From Zootoca vivipara (Eukaryota): a stretch of 64,000 bases of DNA. The number at the start of each line of letters is the position of its first letter. Positions within the stretch are counted from its first letter, which is position 1. Positions 35,830 through 48,700 of the stretch are shown piece by piece. The stretch covers positions 62,744,001 through 62,808,000 of the forward strand of contig NC_083279.1 of assembly GCF_963506605.1 (NCBI RefSeq), written 5' to 3'. The notes under the pieces were generated by a model. The model saw only the letters and a list, made by a program, of their open reading frames with translations, was not told where the DNA came from and made no database searches. The position numbers and the translations under genes were made by a program.

Positions 35830-37008
35830 CTAAAATTAGAATGCAATTGTGAAAATAATTACCTGTTTTAACTCACTTCTGACAGGTAGTTTTACAAAGA
35901 GCTCTGTTTGTACTTTTAATGACATGCGGCGCTGTGTAAAACATTAATATTACCCTGTCAATTTATTTAATCATTTCAATTAACTACCTTGCTCTTAACT
36001 TTTTCATCAATTAACTATGTATAATAAATGTTACATGAACTCAGCTTGACGGAGGGGGGCAGCACACAAAACTATGTATTTTCATACATTGCTTAAAAAT
36101 CAGCTTCAGTCTTATACAAGCTTTCCTGGGAATAAGCCTCACTGAACTGAATGGGGCTTACCTCTGAGTAAACATGCATAAGATTCTAGACATATCCTAC
36201 CAACTCTACCAATTCTAAAATCTTTTTACAAGGAGCAATCTTAGCTAAAAACAAGTGAATCTGTTATCAAACTGATAAGTATAATTGTTTAATGTACATT
36301 GAATTGGGGGGAAATCTATAATGTGCCTATATTGCACTGTTAAGGACGACTAGAAATTTCCATTGAAACTGAAGAAGAGCCTAACAGGTGGATCATGAAG
36401 TGGGGATATGTCTCTGTGCCTCGATCACAAGATGTTTAGCTCACAGTCATATGGAAAGGATTGTATTGCAGATCTAGGCATATGCTAATCTGTAGGCATC
36501 CATATTGGGTGGGGTGTTTTCTTTTTTCCAAGCTACTGAAAAGAATGGATATATGAATCTCTGTCTCCAGCAAGCAACCTGAGACTAATGGAGGCTGCAG
36601 TGGAGGAGAGACAGAGCTTTGATTTCTAGCTCAGAATACAACATATTTGTAATCTAAGATATTTTGGCTTCTGCTGGGAGAAGTGTAAAAAATATGCATC
36701 TAACTGAAAGTAACTTTTATTGTTTTAAGTTGTTTGGAATTAAGTTCTGTAAGTGAAGCTTCTGAGCTATATTTTGGCCTGGAGAATATTTATTTCAATA
36801 CAAGAGTCGGTTTTTATTCATCCAGCAGATTACATATGTGCAATATTAATAATCTCAATAGGGTTTCCCGCTGAAACATAACTTGGTTTTCATTCATCAG
36901 GTTCTCCCTTATTACATGAAGCAACACCTAGCACCGGTAATTCCAGGTGCTTTTTGAAACATTGTGTAAGGAGGAAAAAATAATCTCTGCAAAACTACGG
37001 TATGAATA

Positions 37009-37286
37009 TAGGGTTGCCAGACTCAATAGAGAACTGGACTTCTGTGCCTTTAATTGACCTGCTCTCTTTTGAGTCTGGAAACCTTAAAGAGAAAGCAGCA
37101 GACCCTTTGCTTGGAAATTAAACAAAGGGTCTGCTGGTTTCTCTTTAAGGTTTCCAGACTCAAAAGAGAGCAGGGCAATTAAAGGCACAGAAGTGCCTTT
37201 TTTTTTTAAAGGAGACATTTTGATTAAAATGCTTTGGTTGTCTATTGAGTCTATTGTCCAGTTCTCTATTGAGTCTGGCAACCCTA
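37009..37286. mobile_element. Fold-back hAT MITE
   Basis: TIRs TAGGGTTGCCAGACTCAATAGAGAACTGGAC, long internal palindrome, perfect 8-bp TSD tatgaata. Confidence 0.92.
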
Positions 37287-37743
37287 TATGAATATCATTT
37301 TCAATTTTAGCTGCAAATCAACATTTCTAGCAGTTTCTTAACAGTGAATGAACCCAATTTCTGTTGTTCCATTTTAAGGGCAGTCTACCACACTGTGGGC
37401 ACACAAAGTTAAGTGCCTGTAGGTTCTGTTGATTACAACACAGCAAGTCAGTCCAATTGGCTTAGCATGGCCTAAAGGTACATATTGTTGGCAATGGCAT
37501 TAATAAAAAACATTAATGTCCTTCTATTCAGTAAAAGTACCAAGTTTCTTTTACTCAGAGGTAAGTGTTATTGTACTTTTCTAAAGTATTTGCAGCAGGC
37601 TCTGGTCAAAAGGAATGTATGAAAGATACACAGTTACAACAAAATTATGGTATAACCGTTCCAGTGGTTAGCTATTGCACAGATGAACCTTGTAAATACT
37701 TGATACTCATCTTTGAGCATGAAAATGCCCATCTAATACTCAC

Positions 37744-38049
37744 GTATAAGTTCCAGTTGAATTGTGTGACTGTACTGATACACACCATCCTTGGTAAACA
37801 CTTCTGCTGTGTACTGTCCGATATCCTGCACTTGAGTGGGGCACAAGCTCAAGCTGCCATTGTTAAGTATAAGACATCTCTTGGTGTCTATACAAGTTGT
37901 AATATTCTGGCCATCCACCTTTCCTATTGTGATATTGCCCTTCTTCCAAATCACATCATGAAGGTGGATTGATTGTTTTGTGGTCTTCATTTCAAGGAGC
38001 ATACAATCACCAAGTGTTCCTTTGGTGAGACTAACCTGCAGTTTGGATC
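37744..38049 (-). CDS. Gene B exon 3 (second IgV domain, CD2-family type)
   Basis: 306 nt, phase 1-1: GTLGDCMLL..VIWKKG..NNGSLSLCPTQVQDIGQYTAEVFTKDG..IQLELI. Confidence 0.9.
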
Positions 38050-38457
38050 CTGAACACAGAGCAAAAATATGTGGACATACAATTCACTTCGAGCCTCAAA
38101 AATGTGTGCACTAAGTAGATTTGAACGAATTTTGAAAACTTTTATTTCACTGAATTAAAATATTTCAATTTCAGGGGTACATTTCAAATTTCAGCCATGA
38201 AACTGAAAGCAAAGTAGTAAATGCAACTCTCAGGGAGCTATTCAATTTAAAAAGTATACTAGCACAATGCCTTTTAGCTGCACAATGTAACTTCTCTGCC
38301 CTCTCCCCATCCCATGTGCCATAAATCCGCTCCTAAATGTGTTCCTCTAACTCTCCAGCTGTTCTGACTATTATACAGCTGAATGCTGCAAATGCATGGC
38401 ACTTATTTTATAGGAATAACACACAGTCCCTTAGAAGAGGGCCTATCTGATACTTAC

Positions 38458-38757
38458 GTGTAAGCAGCAGTTCCTTTCTGTTACTGTATTGAAAGCGTCC
38501 ATCCTCACTATATGCTGCCACTGTATAATGCCCAATATCGTCCAACTGAGTAGGACACAAGCTCAAGGTGCCATTGTTATAGATAAAACATCTTTTGCTA
38601 TGGATTGTACAGTTCTGACCATTGATCATCATCCCAATCAAGGCATTGCCTTTCTTCCAAATCACGTTGTGAATGTGGATTGCTGGGTTCCTGTTCTCCA
38701 GATCAAGGAGAATACAATCACCAAGTGTTCCATTGATGAGGCTATCCACTTTGGATC
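38458..38757 (-). CDS. Gene B exon 2 (first IgV domain, CD2-family type)
   Basis: 300 nt, phase 1-1: GTLGDCILL..VIWKKG..NNGTLSLCPTQLDDIGHYTVAAYSEDG; resembles the CD2 D1 pattern GALGQDINL/IKWEK/NGTLKI/DQDIYKVSIYDTKG. Confidence 0.9.
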
Positions 38758-40971
38758 CTAAGCATGTCAATAAGATGCGATGGGAAGACATTTAATTCAT
38801 TAACACCCAAATTGAACAAAGCATACCAATTCACAAAACTGTAATTTCATGAAATCAAAATGTACAGATTTCAAGAGGACATCTAAAAATTTCAGACACA
38901 AAACACAGCACAGAAGCAAATTCAAATCTCCATAGTAAGATATGGCTGGTAAAATTCATTTCCCAGCTGTAATCAACATAATTTCAGACTTTTTCAGAAG
39001 TGAAATATGACAGCTTTAAATATAGAACATCCATTTTTAGCATTGTTATCTGACATAATTAAACCCTGGGAATGTTTATATCCAATATCTCTTTTGTTTC
39101 CTTTTTTGTTTATAATATTTTATCAATTATTCCAGGGTGGTTCACAAACTGGTCTTAAAACAGTAAAGCATCAATAATTAATATCTATCCTTTCATTGTA
39201 AGTAGTTGCAGCATCACCAGGCTTTATCCAATTGGATTCAAAGAAACTAGGGGTGGATTGTTCAAAATGGTGAGTGTAGGATACCCTCTTGAACCCAGTA
39301 ATTCTGTCACTGGCTGCTTCTTCCAAACAGTCACTGCATGTTGAAATAGTCAACCCAGACTCAAGTTTTCCCAAGCTTACGGGTGTGCCAGTATGGTGGG
39401 ACCACCCCCATAAAATGCTGAAATCCCATTAGTATGCAGTGCTGCCCCATGTAGGCTGAAGCTGTCATGGTTGGACACAACTACATATCTACATGCTCCA
39501 GTTTGTCATGGTTGTCTTGAGCATCTGATCATGCCATAAATAAGTTTGACCATGATTCCCCTCTTTCAAATAAAGCACGTATAGAAACAGGGGCATGAGC
39601 TCTGGCCAATCCTCTTTGCCACCTGGTTAGTCAAATGATTGTGTGCACGCACTGGGAGATAGCCAACCACTGTTCCTGCAGTACACTAAATTTTTATTTT
39701 ACATCGAAGCAGAGTTCTATGATAAAAGAGGTTTGCAAAATTTCAAAATGTTGGAAATGGACAAGAGCTGTCTCAGCTAAAGAGACAGGTAAAAATACTT
39801 GAAGTAAATAAATAAGAGGCCATTAAGTCCAACTCCTTGCCAGTGCTCATGATTCTCCACACACTAGCGTCCTGACCCCTGAGCTGACAACAAGCAGAGA
39901 TCAGACTCAAAATGGACAAAGAGATAAATATCTAAAATATTGTTAAACAAGCTATTTACGGTGTAACATGTTCCCTTTTCCAGGCGGTCTCACCAGAGTA
40001 TTGACTTTTGCGTGGAAAATCAGTAGATTCATCCAAAGCCTTATTTGCTGGCATGGCATCACCAAAAACTGGACCAGAAATATAAAAATAATAACATTAA
40101 GAAAAGCTGCATATCAACGATTCTTTCCACCATATGAATAGATAACCATGAATAATACCACAATCTTAAGGCAGAAATGTATTAGTTTTAGTACATGAAC
40201 CTGGAGGGCAAAGTTCCTGTTTCCTAGTTGCTTCCTCATTTTGGAGTTGACACAAGGCTTTGGACATGGGCATCTCATGGACCAGTATGAAAGCAAGAAT
40301 GCTGGATTGGATGAGAGTTTGGTCTGATCCAGCAAGGCTCTTCTGATAGTTTTCTGTAACTATTAGAGACCTTACAACCAGCTCCAGATTTTCTTCCACC
40401 CCATCACAATGACGGATGTGTAGACTTTAATCATAATTTTCGACAAAAATATGTATCCTCTCTTTCTATAAATATCTGTGCTTTTTTTAAAAAAAATGTA
40501 TGTTGTTTTTTAAACATATCTGCAATCTCATTGGCTTCAGTTTCTTTCTGTGATATAAGCACCGTTTTCAAAAATACTTTAGCTTATTGTTTTTTTTTCC
40601 ATTATCTTATTATATTAAAGAGATTTGGGGGAGGGGGTTGACCAATCTTGCAAAATACATTTGATTCCTCTTTTACCAAGGTACTTAATAAGCAATTTCT
40701 AACATAAATAGTAATACTGTGTATTAAACTTTTTGGAAATTTAATTATGATTCACCCCATAAAAATGTATCCCATTCATACACCACTTACAGTTCTGCTT
40801 GTTGGATTTACACTGCATTTGATGCAATTACAGCAGACGAAATCTTAGTACTCTGATATACGACAGTCACTGTCTAGTCCTACACATAAGCATGACATAC
40901 CAAGTCACTGACTTCCATGAAATATTTACTTGGTTGTAGTTCATTCACATCCAAGCCAAAAAGAAACTTAC

Positions 40972-41041
40972 CTTGAAGAACAAGTAGGCCTATATAAACC
41001 ATTGATGGGACAGGAAAAATAGAAAATGCTTGAGAGTTCAT
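40972..41041 (-). CDS. Gene B exon 1 (signal peptide)
   Basis: ATG at 41041, 70 nt, phase 1, GTAAGT donor: MNSQAFSIFPVPSMVYIGLLVLQ(G). Confidence 0.78.
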
Positions 41042-41769
41042 TTTGGTAGGATGCTGTAGCAGATATATTAGAACACAATATCTCTCAGAAACATCCCTAC
41101 AGTAACAGATCTTCCATAGCATTGCCTAGAAAAGATAAAGGGTTGTTCTATCTTGATTTTAAACTCTTCTTCCTAGGTTCAGTGTAACTTGTCAAAACAG
41201 AGAAGCATGGGAGAATTGGTTCTTCAAAACAGAAACAAGGCGGTTTCAACCACTGTAAGAAATACTCATGCAAATTTTTGCTAAATGTGTTACTCACATG
41301 CCTGAATGTACAGAAATAAATACACGTGAGAGCAAAAAACAGAGATCAAAGATAAGAGCTACAAAGAGCAGAGAGATGTGGACGACCAGTCCATGATTCA
41401 GAGTGAGGAACCTGAGGCAAGTGTTGAGTTGGGGTGTAATATTTAATGAGACTTTAGTAATTAATCCAGCCACAGCAGAGCATTTTTACAGCAAATCCAA
41501 TACATGTCTATAAAGAAGTAAGTCCCACTGAGTTCAATGGGGGTTATTTCTAGGTAAGTAGATATAGCATTGATTATATAGATTCAAACTCCAATAATCC
41601 AGTGCATTGTACCCAAACCTTGTTGGCCAAATTGGAATGGTGATGTGTGAAACAGAAACCATATTGAGATAGCTAGAAAATAATGCGATAAAGTCACTGA
41701 CTCTGAGCAGACCATTTATTTAATATACTTTGAACTCTTCCTTCCTCATAACCATTTTCCAGGCAATGT

Positions 41770-42255
41770 ACAGCTATTAAAACATATTCTATTATAAAGC
41801 CCTATATGGCTTAGGTCCAAGGTATCTGAAATACCACATTCCCTCATATGAAGCTGCCTGGGTTTTGAGATCTTCAGGGGAGGTCCTTCTCTTGGCCCAT
41901 CACCCTCATAGGCACACTTGGTGGGAATGGACAAAAGGGCCTTCTCAGTGGCTGCTCTGAATCTGGAGATTCTTCCTCCCTGGAGAATATAGACTGGCTT
42001 CCTCCTTGTTGTCCTTCCACCACCAGGCTTTTGAGAATTGACCGCTTTTTTAAAAGGGGCTGGTGCCATGCTGTTCCTATTGCAATTTTTTGTATATTTC
42101 AAACAAGATTTGATTATTTTAATGTTTAATTGTTTTTAATGACTGTCTTCCCCCCCCCCATGTTTTTAGAGATTTCTTGTTTTTATGTATAAGCTGCCTT
42201 GGGTCCTGTCAGGGGGGAAAAGCGGGGTATGCGTAAATAAATATTAAATAAATAA
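41770..42255 (+). mobile_element. Old L2 LINE 3' fragment
   Basis: ataaagccctatatggcttaggtcc...agggccttctcagtggctgc...gcggggtat followed by (TAAA)n tail. Confidence 0.65.
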
Positions 42256-42486
42256 GTAGTAGTAGTAGTAGTAAACAATTCCCGTAAGAGGACCATTCAA
42301 CAAGAAGAGCAGGTTAGACAACCCTAATTATGAACAAATTACTTGATATTCAATTTTTTTAAAATACAGACTTCCATACTTTCAGCAATAAACTAACCAG
42401 TTGCAATCCTGTACCCACGAGAATAAGCCCCACTGAACTCAATGGGACTTATTTTTGAGTAGACATGCAGTGAGTTGCACTAACAC

Positions 42487-42622
42487 CAGGCATCCCCAAA
42501 CTGCGGCCCTCCAGATGTTTTGGCCTACAACTCCCATGATCCCTAGCTAACAGGACCAGTGGTCAGGGATTATGGGGATTGTAGGCGAAAACATCTGGAG
42601 GGCTGAAGTTTGGGAATGCCTG
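42487..42622. mobile_element. 136-bp hAT-type MITE
   Basis: TIRs CAGGCATCCCCAAACT; flanking direct repeat cactaacac; second copy at 56060-56195. Confidence 0.85.
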
Positions 42623-42701
42623 CACTAACACTGTGCAAGCACCAGGGCAAACAGGAAAACCTATGAGAAGAGAATGGGTTAAATTAACCTAGGAACACAT
42701 A

Positions 42702-42878
42702 CAGTCATACCTTGGGTTAAGTACACTTCAGGTTGAGTACTTTCAGTTTACCGGTAAGTACTCCGCGGACCCATCTGGAACGGATTAATCCACTTTCCAT
42801 TACTTTCCATGGGAAAGTTCGCTTCAGGTTAAGTACGGACTTCCAGAACCAATAAGTACTTAACCTGAGGTACCACTG
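42702..42878. mobile_element. Tc1/mariner MITE
   Basis: TA-CAGTCATACCTT...GAGGTACCACTG-TA. Confidence 0.8.
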
Positions 42879-42880
42879 TA

Positions 42881-43456
42881 CAGTGGTACCTCGGTTTATG
42901 AACACAATTGGTTCCAGAAGTCTGTTCATAAACTGAAGCATTCATAAACTGAAGCGAACTTTCCCATTGAAAGTAATGGAAAGTGAATTAATCTGTTCCA
43001 GACGGTCCGCGGAGTACTTAAACTGAAGCGTTCATAAACTGAAGCGAACTTTCCCATTGAAAGTAATGGAAAGTGGATTAATCCGTTCCAGGCGGGGCCG
43101 CGGAGTACTCAACCTGGAGCGCACTTAACCCGAAGCATGGGTGTAATTGGTTCCGGAAGTCTGTTCATAAACTGAAGCGTTCATAAACTGAAGCGAACTT
43201 TCCCATTGAAAGTAATGGAAAGTGGATTAATCTGTTCCAGACGGGTCCACAGAGTACTCAACCTGGAGCGCACTTAACCCGAAGCATTGGTGTAATTGGA
43301 TCCGGAAGTCTGTTCATAAACTGAAGCGTTCATAAACTGAAGCGAACTTTCCCATTGAAAGTAATGGAAAGTGAATTAATCCATTCCAGATGGGTCCGCG
43401 GTGTTCGTAAACCGAAAATTCATAAACCGAGGTGCTCATAAACCGAGGTTCCACTG
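42881..43456. mobile_element. Tc1/mariner MITE with four internal repeat modules
   Basis: TA-CAGTGGTACCTCGGTTTATGA...AAACCGAGGTTCCACTG-TA; repeated ttcataaactgaagcgaactttcccattgaaagtaatggaaagtg. Confidence 0.88.
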
Positions 43457-43498
43457 TACAGTACTTTATATGAATGATGGTAAGATATGTTTACATGG

Positions 43499-43512
43499 TT
43501 GCCATCTAGAGG
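43499..43512 (-). promoter_or_regulatory. Candidate CTCF motif (reverse)
   Basis: Minus strand CCTCTAGATGGCAA; a forward motif CCACAAGATGGTGC lies at 46723-46736. Confidence 0.45.
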
Positions 43513-44649
43513 CCAGAAGGCAAAAGTGTTTTGTTTTGTTTTGAGGAAAAAGCTGGCACTGAGCATGCTCAAGGCCTGTGTTCTTGGGAGCGGTTCCAAG
43601 ATGGATGCCACAGTAAAAACTGTATAAAATAAACCAAGAAATAAAAGCAGTTCTAGTTCATCTTATCACTGTAGCCTGCATTCACTGTTCTGCCCTGCTC
43701 TCCATTTTGGCATACTGCTGTGGCTGCTTCCAGAGAAGCCTTTAACACTCCCTGGCTTCCTCTTGGAATTGCCCCACTTCTGCCCAAGCTATTGCTGTAG
43801 CATTTGCTGACACAATTGATTCCTGCTCTGTGTTCATATTATTACAAATGCAGCACTTGCATCTTACTAGCGGTGTTTGGAACGAAATCTAATTTAGCTA
43901 AAGCTTAATTCTGAGCATCCCCTGGGGAACCAGCAGTAACTCTGTGTGTCCGTTACAAACGGACCTTTTCCCGTACTTCGTTACTTATTGTAAAGGAGTA
44001 CAGGGCAGGCTGCCATATTTTGCTCGGCATGAAGGGCACCGTGAGGTAGATTCAGGTGTAGATCAGTCTCAGTAGTGAAGTAAACATTAAACATCTTGAA
44101 TACACTGGACTAAAGTTGAACCACTAAACACCAGGGACTGAGCTCTTGTGCCTCAACACTGGGATGGTGAATCCTCATCCTGATCTCATCTGTCCTACAG
44201 CACTATCTCTTAAAAAATATTGGATTCACACTGTGCGCACACACATAGTTATGTGTATTGGGGGGGTAGTTGCTCTTTGCTTTGGGAGGGGAGCAATGGG
44301 GGGCTGGTCTTTTTTTTCTGGGCAGCAACAGCTCCCTGTCTTCTTGTGGCTGTATGGTTCAAAATACTCAGGATTAAATATGTCTTGATACTTTATTGGC
44401 CAGGAGGTGTTGGTGCAAATAAAATAACTCCTCAGGAGGGAGCCTCTGAATGCTTAAAGGGTTGTGCTACTTATCATGACTGAAAATATTTCACTGGTTC
44501 CCAATCTGGACGGTACCTACACAAACCTGAATTCTGTGTTGTGCCTGTGTGACATCACTTCAGAGCCAGGATCCAGCCTGTCCACTTGCTTGGGAAAAGG
44601 TCTTGAGAAAACTCAAGCAGGAGCAGTGTCCCAGGAGACATCAAGTTGA

Positions 44650-45215
44650 GAGTCTGTATGTTCCGAATATGGCAAGAGCTTTAAGTTGGAGCATCTGACT
44701 TGGCCGTGCGCCAGAGGATGCACTCTGGAGAAAAGCTCTTTTAAGTGTACTGAGAGCTCACATCTCACTTGGCCCCTGAGAATTCACACTGGACAGAAAC
44801 CATATATGTGTCATGAGTGTGGGCATAGCTTCAATCAGAGACCCAATCTTACCAAACATTGGAGAATATATATGGGCCACAAGCCCTGTGTTTGCAACGT
44901 GTGGAAAAATAATCAGTGCCAGCTCCACCAGTAGCAAAGGATGCACACAGGAGAGAAGCCATAAAAGTGTCCAGAATGTGGGAAGAGCTTCAGCCAACCA
45001 TCTCATGTCACTCATCACCAATGGATCCACAGTGGAAAAAAGCCATAAATGTGTGTGGAGTGTGGGGAAAGCTTTGAGCAGGGCTCAGATCTCATTAACC
45101 ACAGAAGAACCCACACTGGTGAGAAGCCCTATAGCTGCAACCAGCTATACCTCAGTAGGTATTCCAGCCTTATTAAATGCCAGAGAATTCATACAGGAGC
45201 ACATTTGTATATGTG
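44650..45215 (+). pseudogene. Decayed C2H2 (Kruppel-type) zinc-finger array
   Basis: HTGQKPYMCHECGHSFNQRPNLTKHWRI and [29 protein letters not shown], with stops, frameshifts and lost Cys/His. Confidence 0.85.
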
Positions 45216-45589
45216 TGATGATGCAGGAAATGTTTCTGGTTCCAGCCCAGGCATAGAAACACTATGCTTGACATAATTAAATCTGAATGACAAATGCCCT
45301 TTGGTGATGGGCAAGGGGTGCTCAGGAAGTATACAAAAACTAGAACTGAAACATAATCCAGACAAGGTAGAGTTGATCATGCTGGGTAGCCCAAGTACCT
45401 ATAAAGGGATGGAAATGCCAGTGTTGAATGACTCCTCCACCACCACCAATAGATCGAGTTTGTAGCTTGTGAACATTCCTGGACCTAGACCTCTTGGATG
45501 GACAAGTCAAGGCAGTTTCATCAGCTTTGACTGATTTACCATCTGTACCCTTTTCTGGGACAGAGGGTCCTGCATACTGTTGGGGGCAT

Positions 45590-45780
45590 GCCATGCCCTG
45601 CTAATTTCCCAACTGGAGTAATGTGATGTCCTCTATATGTAACTGCCTTTGAAAGCTGTGCAATTAGTTCAGCATGCGGCAGCCAGATCGATCTCTGTTG
45701 TTAAAACTGCATGTAGCACTCCAGTTCTGCAATATGCTGAGATATGACTGAACATAGCACATCTGTGATCTGAAACATTT
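45590..45780 (+). mobile_element. Highly decayed L2 ORF2 fragment
   Basis: ccatgccctgctaatttcccaactggagtaatgtgatgtcctctat... resembles HAL.ISRLDYCNALY..LPLK...QLVQ.AAAR. Confidence 0.6.
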
Positions 45781-48700
45781 CTTGCAGAAGAAAACAGGTG
45801 GACTAACACTGGGAAGAAACAGGAGGTCAGGCATACTCACCATACTGATCAGCTCCAACAAAAAGCTGGGTTTGTTTCTTCGTGCTAATATGCTAAGTTC
45901 TAAAGCTGTGGTGTGGAATAGAAAAATGAAGGTGATGCTCATCACCAGGGCTGCTCTTAATATTGTAAATAACAGTATTGGGGAGAGAGAGAAATTGCTT
46001 TATAACTGCTTAGCAAAACTCTTTGAAGTAAAGCCATTATTGTTTCCATTTGATAAGAGAATTATGGCTTCAAGACGGAAGGCCTTTTCACTCGTGTCTC
46101 CTCCTGCAATGTGTAGGGATGGACTGGCATCACACCCACTGATTTGCACCTGACCATGAGTTCAGGACCAGTGAGAAAGGCTGCAGACTTCATTCAATAT
46201 GTGCTCTTAATATAGGTCTCTCAATCGATTTTTAAAGATTCTGTGATAAAGGCTTTCAAGCACCAAGAGAAACAGGGAAGGAGGGCAGGAGGTGGGCCAG
46301 ACCCCTATCCACATCACAAACACTGGATATCAATGCCCCTCATTTTTTCACCTGGGAATTCTTTCTAATACTACCATAGTAGTAATTTAGCTCAACCCTA
46401 GGACAAAATGCTTATGCACTGCATTGTCCGGTACTGGCTTTGAAGCCACTTTAGATGCATGTAGCAATTTCCCCAGCACTTGCACCAATTTTCAGGGCCA
46501 CGGTTAGCGTTTCTAAGCAACGGATGTCAGGGAAGGGGAAAGGGTAACTTATTTTACAGCTGCCTCTCTAAAAAGCAATGAAAAATGCTGGTGTGATCCA
46601 AACTATATATTTACTTATAGGAATGCCGTCTTGATTTCAATGCAATTTACTCTTAAGTAAGTAGACTTAGGATTACAACTCTGTCCGTCATGCTAGAAGC
46701 AACGTTAAGATGCCTCATATGTCCACAAGATGGTGCTGTCATCTCAAGAATGTATTCCAACTGTGTGTGATAGCCAAGGCTAGGCAGGAAGCAAAAAGCG
46801 TCTTGTGGTCACTGGATAGAAAATAGCCAACATACCTAAGGCATTTGTTGCAGTATTGTATTGGATGAGTGCTCCCTTCCCCCCTCCCCCATGAACTGTC
46901 TTTCTTGTAAGCATAGTGTTGCAATTAACGTGAAATGCGATCGCCTGCAACATGGCAGGATCTGCCATACCAAACATATTCTATCAGTTTATGACTAAAC
47001 TAAATCAATCTGTGGCACAAAAAGAAGACAAGAGCTCAGTCAGGAATAGAAGTGGCAGTGCACAACTGTGTTGTGAGCAGACTCTTCAGGAGCCTGCACA
47101 GATAGCTCAGCTATTTTTGTAACATTAGGTTTTGGCAGGATTGAGAAGCTGCTGGAACAGAAACAACAAATGCATTTTATATATTTGTTTTAGATATTCT
47201 GCCTTCCTTCCACGAGCACGTTCAAAACAGCATACATAGGTTTTAAATGGTAATATCTTATTAAAGCACTGACCAGACCCAGACCTATTTAGCTTCAGCA
47301 AGGTTCCTGTATTACGGTATGTGCTTTCAGCCTATGCCTTGAGGCTAGAATGATAGGACCAGAAACATAAAATGCAACCAAAGGAACCTCCCAAATACTC
47401 CCAAACTGTTGACCAACCTGCCTTTCCTGCCTCTTATTGTAGTCACTTAAACTAAGATTGCAGTCCACTAAAAAGGGGTCACAGGTGGGAATATTTGTTT
47501 GCAGGAAGCGGACCAAGTGTTCTCAGACAGTGGCGGCCTGCCGACAGTTCCTAATTTTTAAGTACTGTACTCCTTTTCAAGCTGCTGCTGGTCTGAGCAA
47601 TGCCACTTGGGACTGGCCAGCTTCAAGGCAGTATGCAATACCCTGTTCAGTTTTGTCTTCACTGCTTCCTCAGAAGTGCTAGAGCCCAGGCAGGGGTTAC
47701 AGCAGTCAGACATCACGCTCAATTTTGTCTACTTAGCCCAAGCATAAAACAAGTTTTTGAGGATCACGTGCCACTTCTGAACTAGATCTGCCTTCCCAGA
47801 ATTGTGGCAGATTCTTGGGCTATTAACGCTTTAGAAGAACAAAATGTGAACAATGAAGTAACTTTCAAAGCTGGTGTTTCACCCAACCTATTTATTGTTC
47901 AAATTTTCTGTTGCCTTATTGAATGGCCGCAGCCAGTTACCAGAAAAGGAGCAATCATAGAATCATAGAGTTGGAAGAGACCACAAGGGCCATCCAGTCC
48001 AACCCCCTGCCAAGCAGGAAATATTGGTCCTTGTAGAAGTATAAAAGCCATGGCTATTTTCCCCTCTTTTGCACCCTGATTTTCTCATTCTAGGTCTGTT
48101 GTTGTCTACTAGTTGGCTTTATTAAGAAGAAGAAAATCATTGTCGAGAGAGTACTGTCAGCAGAACCGAAGCTTGAGCTCTGCTTACGAAAGGGCCAATC
48201 AGCAGAACTAGCTGGAGCCTTTTATGGCTATAGTTCAACTGTAAGGCAATGCTGATACATCATATCAGACAACAGTGAAATAACATGGCACATTCTCATT
48301 ACAGCAAAAATCTACTACGTTTCACTTTCAAAACAAAACATTAATCTCACTGGTGGCTCCCTTTACTGAATGAGAAGGACATTTTAAAAAAATAAAATCA
48401 GGAACTCGAATGTGTTCCTCAATATTACCCTGTCCTCCTTAGTGCAGTGCCCCCAGGTCTCAGTTTTGGATCATTTCCAGATAGGTGTAGAATTCATTTT
48501 GCAGTATTTCTTGAAAATGCCATTTCAAGAAGTCTCAGGATGAGAAGAAAGAGCAAATGGTGAGAGCCCCTTGAACCTGTGGCAACTTTCCCTGTCAAAT
48601 CTAGGGTGCAGAGCAGTACAAGTGAGAAGTCAGTCATATCGGGGAGGGAATATACATCATACAAGAAAGCAGCTCCCATAATACTGTGGGTTCCAAGATG

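Noticed and set aside
39960-40060. ALDESTD peptide resembling a hAT/Charlie transposase
   Set aside because: Only seven residues match and the flanks are unconvincing by eye
14247-41041. Assigning the symbols CD2 or CD58 to genes A and B
   Set aside because: Family membership is well supported but orthology is not: gene A lacks the CD2 proline tail and gene B lacks C2 and has a long tail
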